Shown here: positions 9,190 through 17,996 of the stretch, one piece after another
How the letters are laid out: the number at the start of each line of letters is the position of its first letter
Numbering within the stretch: position 1 is the first letter of the stretch
NCBI GenBank assembly: GCA_007224835.1
Contig: SRMA01025500.1
Span: forward strand, 149,870 to 167,865
Direction: 5' to 3'
From: Danionella cerebrum
Taxonomy: Eukaryota
DNA length: 17,996 nt
Translations under genes and position numbers: made by a program
Notes under the pieces: model-generated
Databases searched by the model: none
What the model saw: only the letters and a program-made list of their open reading frames with translations
What the model was told of the DNA's origin: nothing

Positions 9190-9520
9190 CTCTAATAAGT
9201 TGATATTGAAATGGAAAATTGAAGAAGAGGAACTGGGAATATTGTTAAAGATGAATGCCATGAGGATTCCACTCAATATCAGCAGCTTCTGGACAACAAT
9301 GTTCAGGAATCAGTGACAAAGTTGAAGTTGTGCCACTACTTCATCTTTTAAGAAAACGACTCTAAACACGACTCAAAATCTTCTCAGACATTCATGCAGA
9401 GGAACAAGTACAACAGTCTGGAATGGCCATTTCTGGCCCTAGACCTGACAATTATTGCTCAGAATTCATCAAACCTATTTGAACTTGAGATGTTTTGTAA
9501 AGAAGAAGGATCATCAGGAT
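9190..9520 (+). mobile_element. Tc1/mariner transposase fragment (catalytic-domain region), frameshifted.
   Basis: Translation QQLLDNNVQESVTKLKLCHYFIF*ENDSKHDSKSSQTFMQRNKYNSLEWPFLALDLTIIAQ…EMFCKEEGS parallels Tc1 ..LL…L..SARKLKLGR.WVFQQDNDPKHTSK…W…NK..VLEWPSQSPDLNPIE…L..FCKEEW. Confidence 0.6.
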
Positions 9521-9559
9521 GGAAAGAAAGGTATTGAGTACTGTCAGCATAACAGTGAT

Positions 9560-9840
9560 CATGACTGTGGATGATGGGACCCAGGGAAGTAGTTTAGCCA
9601 GAGAAGCAACAAGGACCAAGGACTGAACCCTGTGGAACTCCTGTGTGCAGCTGCTGAGTCTTGGACAATTCTCCAGCCGAATCTGATGGATCTTGCAGTG
9701 AGAAATGATTCAAACCAGTCCAGGGCAGTGTCTGTGATGCTCTTTGCTAGGAGTAGAATAAACTTTTTATCCAATAAGATAATGTGCATAAACTTTGATG
9801 GAAAAGCATTTACAGAATAAATCCCAAAGGAATTCAATGC
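9560..9840 (+). other. Probable TE-derived segment that ends the Tc1 fragment abruptly. It contains a 'GPRTEPCGTP' motif like those at retroelement ORF ends.
   Basis: ORFs on both strands (9559-9837 -, 9632-9820 +) have no recognisable domain. The TEPCGTP motif is reminiscent of CR1/L2-type LINE ORF2 tails, but I cannot place the family. Confidence 0.25.
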
Positions 9841-11056
9841 CTTTTTTTTTGCTGGAACTGGGGCGGCATTAATGGACTAACTAACGAACGGATTTCACTG
9901 CTGAAATGCTGTTTTGGTCATTCTAAAATCGACTGGCTGCGTTCATTCTGTCTCGACTGGCTGCGTTCCCAAAGAGCAGTCTCCCCCTTCAAAAGCAAAC
10001 CCGTGTATGTGTCCTAAGACCCGAGTAAGTTATTATAAAAGAAGCCAGTTTATCAGAAAGTGACGATTTTGTTTTGCGAATATTTTATGCAATATTTCAG
10101 TTTTAAGCATATTTAATTTGTGTCTTTGGATTTGTGTCTTTACTATGCACTAATAAATGAATAAAAGCTTTTCCCATTTTTTCCCAATTTTTTTCCCAAA
10201 CAAAGTGTACTACATACGATTAATTGTTGCAGACTTAAGCAATAACATTTAGAATATGGAAAATACACATAAAACACTGAAAAATAGCATTTATTGCTTG
10301 TGCCCAGTCTCTGATGCTACAGTTTACCATAAAATAAAATGATTAAAATCTTTTGCATCGACTCAAATTCATTTAATTACACAAATATCTATATTTTCTT
10401 GGAGAAAACAAACAACAAAACATTTTAGTCTTGTCTCCAGCTTTTTGTTTATTCCCCTAACCATAAGTCAGTTTTTCAGCGGGGAGTAGCATCACTTGGA
10501 TCTTCAGAAGGCCACGGGAAGAGCAAAGTAAAGTTCTCCCAATTTATTAATTGCCTTTTTGTGATGATTTCTTGGAGCGTTCTTTAAAACACACCAATCC
10601 TGTTACTAATAATGTGCCCCATGTTGTTTTTTAGCACGTATTTGCTAATTCTTAGCTTAAATCTCAGTCCTGTAACTTATATAAAGAATAACAGGAAAAA
10701 CAGCACCCATCTTTTGATTAGAAATCGAATAAAACGTTTAAATAAGTTACTTAAGATTGTGCCGATTTGGAATACTTAAGTATGTTTGTTATTAGAATCT
10801 GTTTTGAAAACCCGTAAAAAAAAAAAAGAAAAAAACAGTTTGGCGGAATGGCTAATGTTAGTACCAGTATTAAACAATCCATTCATTATAATTAATCAAT
10901 TAAGCCTCTGCTGTAGATAGAAAGACGGGTATCTTAGCAGACCCTTAACAGAGCAGATCTTAACAGAGCTTTGGGCTGCAGGGTGATACGAAAAGGCTGC
11001 TTGTTTATCAAACGAAACGTCACTCACTAATGACGTCTCATTAATTCTTTTCCACA

Positions 11057-11319
11057 GCGCCTGAATTCCTTGGTGTGCTCTTCTGCCGCCTCGACGCAAC
11101 CCTCGTGGGTTCCAGAGCTGCTCTTAGTCATTCAGTCAGTTGCCTCTCTTCTCATTGCAAGCCTATTTATCATGCCACCATCTATGATGAATCGTCATGT
11201 TTGGAAGTATTTACCTCCCTGTGCTCCTTTCTTTGTCTTCACTTCATTTATCATTCACACTTGAGCTCTCGCGCGCATACTCTATTCTCTCATTGTTATT
11301 TCTCCTCCTCATGAGCCTC
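11057..11319 (+). other. Candidate exon or UTR-like segment bounded by acceptor ttttccacag|C and donor CTCG|GTAAAT. A TGACGTCT CRE-like site lies just upstream at 11030-11037.
   Basis: Splice-like boundaries, CpG-containing sequence and overlapping short ORFs (11070-11466) with no recognisable protein similarity. It could be non-coding exon sequence or chance. Confidence 0.2.
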
Positions 11320-11854
11320 GGTAAATGTGTGTTTGGCCTAAACAGTCTGCCTCAGATGTCTCATCTCCCATCAACCATCACAAGAACTCTTCCTCTCCTG
11401 TCAGCTGCATGTCATGTCCCGGCACCAGAGCAGATTGTTGTGACAAAGCTTGACAACCTTGGCTAAAAGCTTCTTTAACACACTTACGAAATCCACTGAA
11501 GGGAGGAATAACAGAGTTCTGAATCTGGGACTGTACTACAACTGAATTATTCAGTAGGATTAGTTAACATTAGCAATTTGTCAATAATTCATTCATCAGG
11601 AGAAATGTGGTTTCCAGGGCAACTTGCATAACGTAGCGTTCCCCTTAGGGTAACACAGATATTTTTAGAAGCTGAGACATACAATTAAAGAGATTAGAGT
11701 TCCTTGTTAAGAGAGGGAACCGCATACTTCACGCAGTGATCACACAAGCTGTATATTAAAGATGACATCTGCACTGCAGAAGTTGAGGTCAAACTCCTCT
11801 TAACCCTTTGAAACAGTTCTTTTGCGGCAGTGCTGGATATCATTTTTATTTCTC

Positions 11855-12330
11855 AGCACAACCCCAGGTTCTTTTTTAAAATATTTTCTGTATAATTGCA
11901 CAACAATCCTGAAATTGTACAAAAAGAACAATTTCGAGAAGAAAAAAAAATCTTAAAAATTTACAATGAACAGTTTATGTTCTGTAACAAAAATATTGTA
12001 TTTTTATTGTTATAACAAAGTTTTGAGACAAAATAAAAATGCACCACCACCACCAAAAAGAGCAAAGGCAAGGGGAAAATTGCATAAAAAAGGACAACCT
12101 TTCCTAAACCTTATACACTTCTCCAAACTCTTTTTGTGCCATTGTGCATTTTTTGTAGCCGGAACTTTGAAAAACACAAGCCATATCACAGGCCTTGTAC
12201 TTCCAAGGGTTATCGCTACTTTTGCAATTTATGTCATAATAAAATGCAAAATATGAAAACAAATAACCTTTTTTGAAATCTGAATCCAAAAAGCATTGTT
12301 TATATTTCACTGTTTATTTCATTATTCACA
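11855..12330 (+). repeat. Dispersed interspersed repeat, copy 1. It is a non-autonomous element homologous to 16427-17040.
   Basis: Long collinear similarity to copy 2: cacaaccccagg(t/c)tcttttt…attgcacaacaatc(c/t)tgaaattgtacaaaaa…gacaaaataaaaatg…gccatatcacagg(c/t)cttgta(c/g)ttccaa…taacctttttgaaa. Confidence 0.6.
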
Positions 12331-12867
12331 TTTTGCATCGATATGTACCTGGAATATAGAACACTGTGCTGAAGTTTTAGGCAGGTGTGATGAAACACTG
12401 TTTATTTTTTTGGCTAGTTTCAAAACTTAGATGCGACAATGATTATCAATAGCATCTGTTTGCTATAATAAGTCGATCCTACACTTGAGTCTAATCTTAC
12501 AAAACCACTGACTGTGCAAGTGAACCTGGAGGAATCGAAGCAAATGGATTTTTTTTTGTTTGCACATTTTTACTTTTACAAAAATAAACAATTACAATGA
12601 ATGATTAGTACATTATTATGTATTAGTGTTCACGTCATTTTTCTCACATGTCTGGACGATAAAATCCTTTACATATCAGATACAGCAGTTTTACTTTACA
12701 ATTATTTCTATTGTCATTATCACTTTTTGGTGCAAAATAGTTTGAAGTTTCTATGATGTCACTCATTCGTTTCTCAAGACGTCTGCTGTTTCGTTCTTGG
12801 CAGTCGCGCCACCAACAGAAGGTTGAAAATGGGCAGAAATAAAAAAAGAATATCTAGACCGTGAGTT

Positions 12868-13865
12868 TACACTGCAAAAAATAAATTCTTGACAAGCCAA
12901 AAAATCTTGAAATTAGGCAAAAATTCCTGTTTTTTTTCTTCCAAGATAAATTAACCAGCCTAGAATTGAGAGTGAAAGATTATTTTACTTGTTTCAAGAA
13001 AATACGACTTGAATTTTCTTGCTTAGAAAAAAATGCTACTTCTGAGGATATTTTACATTGAATTAAGTAATTTATTAAAGTGACCATTACATTTTAACAC
13101 AGTACTTCCTGAAACAAGAAATATCAAGTCATATTTCCTTATTTTAAGAATGCAATGATTCTTATTTTAAGGATTCTATTTTATTTTATTATAATAATAT
13201 AAATTATTAATTTTAAAAAATATTATTTTCATTTGACATTTCTTTTGAATCAAATGAGAACAAGAACCGCTAATCATTAAAGCAGAACCTTTTATTTCAT
13301 GCTGGCAGGCAAATTATTGTTCACCAAAAAGTATTCACAGTAAGTCCAAAATTGGACATGTATATTTTCCTTAACAGTAGCCAAGAATACATCAAATTAA
13401 ATATGATTTTGGATCATTTAACAAATAAAAAGAGATTTTGTCTCTTCTTCTTTTTTTCACTTATCAGCTTATTTTTAGCACTAGAATGCCTATATTAAAC
13501 TGAAACATTTTCTTAGAATGAGCTTGAAACACTTAGAATGTTTAAATATATTCTTATATCAAGATATTCTTACCAAGAGTATTTAAGATAACTAAAGATA
13601 AAAATGCTAGATTTGACAATTTTTATGTTGTTTTTAAGACCTATGTCTTGCTTGAATCTAGTTTAATTATCTAAATTTACTTATATTTTTCTTGTTTTAA
13701 GACAGTCAGAACCTTCTATGTAAGAAGACTTTTTTTCTTGTTTCAAGACATCTTACCAAGTAAAATTTTCTCACCCCATTGGCAGATAATTTTGCTTGAT
13801 TTAAGTTTTATTTACTTATTTTGTTGTTTTTTTTCTTATTTTTGCGTGTGCATTTTTTGCAGTGT
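12868..13865. mobile_element. TA-flanked non-autonomous DNA transposon (Tc1/mariner-type MITE, about 1 kb) with perfect 15-bp terminal inverted repeats.
   Basis: TA|CACTGCAAAAAAT at 12868-12882 and ATTTTTTGCAGTG|TA at 13851-13865 are exact reverse complements. The CACTG/CAGTG termini with TA flanks fit Tc1/mariner. The interior is AT-rich with degenerate subrepeats (cttgtttcaagaaaat / cttgttttaagaca / tcttaccaag) and no ORF. Confidence 0.65.
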
Positions 13866-13974
13866 AGTGCTGATTTAGGAAACTCACTCTAGTTGTCTAG
13901 TCCTTACTAAACACCATTTTAAGTTTTACTATAACTGTATATAACAACCTGCTCCAAGTTATGGCATATTGTGC

Positions 13975-15090
13975 TCAGGATACAGGAGTACACCCCCTTT
14001 AAAAAGTATGAGTTTATTCTGTAGCTCAGTGAACAAAAGAACAATTTTTTTAGTGGACACTTATTTAACTCCATATAATTTAAGGTTAATAATTGATCTT
14101 AGATCACAAAATTCCCTTAAATTGAAGCAAAAATGGACAAAAACTACTACAACTGGGATTTTTGTGAGCACCGTGATTTTTAAGGACAGCACAAAGTCTT
14201 TTAGGCATGAAATGAACGCATTGGCGACACATTGCAGCTTCTATCTTTTTCAATTCTTCAAAAAGAACCTCTTTCAGAACTAGAAACCGGATAGAGAGCG
14301 ATGCTCAGCTTGTCGCTTCAGAATTTCCCATAGGTGTCCGATTGGGTTCAGATCAGGTGACATTTGATCACATTCACCCTGTTCTTCTTCAGAAACGCAT
14401 CAGTAGCTGTAACTTGTGTTTTAGAGCATTGTCCTGTTGGAAAAGTGCACAACGACCAAGTGCATGGAGTGATCTTCTCCTTGAGTATAGAACAGTAAAT
14501 TGTTGAGTTCATGATACCATCAGCTTCCCAACACCAGCAGCACCCCTATAGCCCCACATAATGACTCTGCCACCACCATGTTTCATTGATTTTTAAATCC
14601 TCACCTTTATGACGCCATACAGTTGTAAAACAGTTCCAAAAACAGTCATGTTGCTGATCTTCTTGTAGCCCCTACCCTTTTGTGTAAAGAAATTATTTCC
14701 TTTCGATTCCTTTTGAATGTCACAAAATTTCCGATATTGTTACATTTGTCTTCCATGAGGAGTCATTGCTGACAGCATGAAATGTGAAGGGCTTTTCTTT
14801 GTTAAGTAATGACCTTTCATACTCACCAGTCACCTGGACACTCCTTAAATGCATTGTTAGGTTCACCTGTGGTTGAATGTCTGTTAATTGGAATTTTGTC
14901 GTCTTAACTACAATTGGGGTGTAGTCATTTTTTCAACATGGACTTGAATTATCTTTTTTATTTGTCCAGTGTACCAAATCTTGTATTGTGGGAGTATTTT
15001 GGCGTACAGTTTCTCATTGAAAATGTTGATTCTGAAAGGACCTAAAGGTTTTCTGACAGTTGTAGTGGGGTGTAGTCATTTATACTAAGC
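13975..15090 (-). mobile_element. Tc1-like DNA transposon copy, internally deleted, with an IR/DR-type end.
   Basis: On the minus strand the translation gives a frameshifted transposase with KHGGGRVIMWG, FQQDNALKHK, SPDLNPIGHLWEILKRQ and MPKRLCAVLKNHGAHK. ggggtgtagtcattt occurs twice in direct orientation (14917-14933 and 15065-15080) inside the putative end. The opposite end has gggggtgtact (reverse complement at 13983-13996). Confidence 0.7.
14190..14650 (-). pseudogene. Tc1 transposase pseudogene, DDE-domain C-terminal half, with multiple frameshifts and stops.
   Basis: The motifs listed above match Tc1 …KHGGGS.M.WGCF… FQQDNDPKHTSK …WPSQSPDLNPIE.LW..LK… ESMPRRCQAVI.AKGG.TKY. No intact ORF of 60 aa or more on the minus strand covers it. 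Confidence 0.7.
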
Positions 15091-15519
15091 CCTGTATGTA
15101 GCTGGTGCAAACTGGTCACTAATTGACCAGGCTGTAAAATGTTGGGCACAGCACATAATCCCATTGTCATAAATCTTTAAGGTTTATGACCCAAATAAAC
15201 AATCACATATTTTGTGCATCACTGGTTTGAAAAAGGCATACAGGGTGTTTGGATATCTTCTAAAATGTTACTATTGAATGTTATTTACTGTAACTGTGCT
15301 GAATTTTTCTATATAGCATGAGTGATCACCCTTTAGTTGAGTATTATTTCCAATAAAATTAAGTCGCGGCTGACCTAAAAAGTCATTTAAGGTCAGGGAA
15401 GATTATGATGCGTAAAAAATCCATTTCTAAACAATCAATGTGTTGCATAACTGGACCGGAGGAAGGTCAAATGTTGTTATAGCCTGATGAATGAGTATTT
15501 CTATAAGCTGGAGATAGTT

Positions 15520-15580
15520 GTGCACATTGGGCGAGAGGCAGGGGTACACCCTGGACAGGTCATCAGTCCATCGCAGACTT
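15520..15580 (+). repeat. Fragment of a widespread teleost interspersed-repeat motif (gcgagaggcaggggtacaccctggacaggtcatcagtccatcgcag).
   Basis: Near-identity to the very common fish repeat segment '…gggtacaccctggacaggtcgccagtccatcgcagg…', recalled from memory. Confidence 0.4.
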
Positions 15581-16426
15581 ATAATTCTAATTTTAATAAT
15601 TATTAAACAAAATCATTCTAATTTTGAATAAAAAAAAATAAAATTTTACAATGTCTCCATCAATAGTTCCACTTCTGTCCATGTTTGTATGGGTTTGCAG
15701 TGTGCTGCGCTGCTTCATTACCTGGAGTGACAGATGCTATGACCCTTATTTGCATTTATTGTAGACAGCAAACACATTTGACAGCCGCCATAGAGCTGTG
15801 TGGCTAATCAACTCACCCTTGCCACGACCTCTCAAGGTTAAAGCTGTATCCCATTCTTTTACCATAGACGTTATCCATAAGTATTTCTCCATAATAGAAC
15901 TCAGGTCACATCACGTAGAATGATCACCTCTGCTACATGGGAAAATACTCAGAGTGAAATTAATTATTCAGAGAGGGACCAAATGCACTCTGAATAGACG
16001 TAAAGTAGCTCAGTGGCAGAGCTGAGGTTAATTCACGATTCTTTATTGTGTCAAAGTACTGGGTGTTAAATACAGCAAAATTAGAGTCATCCATTACAAA
16101 GCAGACAGTAAAATTAAAAGATGTAAAGTGAGCAAGTTAAATGCCAAATTTCAAGAATATTGTAACAAAATTCATTTAAATGTGACAATAGTTAAATAAA
16201 GTGTAAGGTTGACTTGGTGTGTCAATTAATGAGGTGTTTCTGACAATGTTTAATTTTTTTTTAACAATTGTTAACAAGTAGAATCATTATAGACAAATAA
16301 CACAGAAACAAATAAAAGGTAAAATACAGAATTTATCATTTTGGATTAAATTAACAACAAATGTGATAATAGATTATCAACCCTTAGAAGTTTGGGCCTT
16401 TTGAATGTTTATATTTCTTTTTTTTA

Positions 16427-17040
16427 GTACAACCCCAGCTTCTTTTTTTACAAATATGTTTTCATTACATTACACAATAATTGCACAACAATCTGGAAAT
16501 TGTACAAAAAAATTGTACAGAGTATTAAATGTTTGTTGTTTCTTTACCGGAAAAATGTAAAAAAAAAAAAATCGTCAACTAACAGTAAATCAAGTGTTCA
16601 GACAAAATAAAAATGAAAAAATCCCCCCGAAAACAAAGACAAGGTCAAAACTTTGTGAAAATTGAATAACAAAAAAAAACAAACAAACAGGTGAACATCT
16701 ATAAACTTATAGACTGTTCCAAGCCATTGTGCTTTTTTGTGCCAGAACTTTTAAAACATAAGCCATATCACAGGTCTTGTAGTTCCAATGGTCATACCTT
16801 CATTTTACCACTAGAAGTCGCTGATGGCACTGATTTTTGTTCTGTTAAATGAAACTTCAAATCACCTTTTATGATTTGATATGATTTATGACAATTATGT
16901 GTCTTAACTCTTGTAGAACAGTATATCAAAAGTAATAACCTTTTTGAAACCTACATTTTAAATCGTAATTAAACAATAGTTTGGTTGCATCATTCATACT
17001 TTTTTCAAAACAGACGCTGTGACTGGAACACACACCGGAA
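16427..17040 (+). repeat. Dispersed interspersed repeat, copy 2. It is homologous to 11855-12330 and carries an extra internal insertion of about 130 bp.
   Basis: Same collinear blocks as copy 1, in the same orientation, about 4.6 kb apart. Confidence 0.6.
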
Positions 17041-17177
17041 GTAATTTCAAATTGGACTAAATACACAATGAGTAGATGCAGTTTAACTTTTGAGAATTTA
17101 TTGTATAGAGTAGCAGATAAACCTTTCAGTCCCTCATGCTCTTTCCTCTTGTTTGTGGTTTCATCTCATCTTTGGGT

Positions 17178-17246
17178 GTTTCCACGTTTCCAGTGATCCA
17201 CATCTTCCTTCGTTGAAGGAAGCGAAACTCATCTGAGCGAAACTGG
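17178..17246. promoter_or_regulatory. ISRE/IRF-like motif cluster: GGAAACGTGGAAAC on the minus strand at 17178-17191, two GCGAAACT repeats at 17222-17246, and a palindrome cttccttcg…ggaagcg between them.
   Basis: Resemblance to the IRF-E/ISRE consensus GAAANNGAAAC(T). Motif-level only. Confidence 0.2.
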
Positions 17247-17996
17247 TCATCTTTCTAACACGGATGTCTTTTAGATTGTCAGCTGTGTACTTCAAAATGC
17301 ACATACTCTAGATCTAATCCCTTGGCCTCCGTATTCACTGAAATGATTCACAGATGATCCCCCCCCCACCCCATGTAGCCTTCGACAGCGTTGATGCTCT
17401 CTATTGGTTTGGTTGATTCATCATCCTTAAATCATGAGAATGAAACTCCACTGATGGCAGCTCAAGGACTCGGATCTAAATAGCCTCATTTTTCTTCTGC
17501 TCAGCAGAAAGTGAACATGACCTTTGATGGACTGTTTAAAGGTGCCATCTGTTTGATATTCAGCCTCTAGATTGTTAACTACTGTGCTTACCATTTAGTC
17601 CTTTTAATCATATTACATGAAATAAAAAGTGGAATCCTTCTGTCAATATAGTTTTTAAATGTGTTAGAATTTGAGGATAAATAAAAAGCGAGAACTAACT
17701 GGCTTTTTTTTTGTTTTATTTTTTAAAATGCTTTAAGGGGACCTCCATAAGTACGGACATTTCTTAAGGCCTCTACACAACGATCCTATTGAGGTTCGCA
17801 TGAAACTTTGTATGGCTTCTCAGCAGGCTCTTTGTGTTCCTTGTGATTAAAACTGTGGGCCTACATATTAAAATATAAAACTGTTCAGAGTAAACAATTA
17901 TTGTACTTGAACCTTTTTAAATTGCCAATACCTGTGGTATCGTGGATAATTATTACATTTTCACATATTCATTTCTGCATTGAATAAAACTGTGTT

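Noticed and set aside
11070-11466. Three overlapping ORFs of 64-89 aa.
   Set aside because: They are mutually overlapping in different frames and rich in Ser/Leu/Cys low-complexity. They are retained only as a possible non-coding exon (see findings), not as CDS.
15995-16050. tRNA-like A-box 'gtagctcagtggcagagc' followed by 'ggttaattcacgattc'.
   Set aside because: The A-box to B-box spacing is far too short and no acceptor-stem pairing is present. It is probably a degenerate SINE head or chance, not a tRNA gene.
1-17996. Search for prokaryotic-style systems: CRISPR arrays, operons, toxin-antitoxin or defence islands.
   Set aside because: The window is spliced eukaryotic genomic DNA. It has no direct-repeat/spacer arrays, no dense same-strand ORF packing and no Shine-Dalgarno-led genes.

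Overview
This window is vertebrate genomic DNA, most likely teleost and cyprinid/zebrafish-like, not a prokaryotic locus. The evidence is spliced coding segments with canonical AG/GT boundaries, AT-rich introns, microsatellites and several Tc1/mariner and LINE relics. The main feature is the 3' part of a TRIM45 orthologue on the + strand. I resolve five exons covering B-box2, the coiled-coil, a filamin-type Ig domain split over four exons, and the Cys/His-rich C-terminal tail with its stop codon. The RING/B-box1 exon is not in the window; positions 1-541 read as intron. Introns and the region downstream carry transposon debris: four or more Tc1-like fragments, one of them with an intact TA|CAGTG terminus and an IR/DR-type end. 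There is also a TA-flanked 1-kb MITE with perfect 15-bp TIRs, a 5'-truncated LINE tail ending in (GAA)n, a SINE-like piece, (CT)n, and a two-copy dispersed repeat. Downstream of trim45 I see a palindromic CRE followed by a strong splice donor (possible first exon of a neighbouring gene), a near-consensus CTCF motif, and an ISRE-like cluster near the 3' end of the window. No CRISPR, operon or prokaryotic defence system is present. The most defensible 'undescribed' element is the conserved Cys/His-dense C-terminal tail of TRIM45, which looks like an unannotated metal-binding module.
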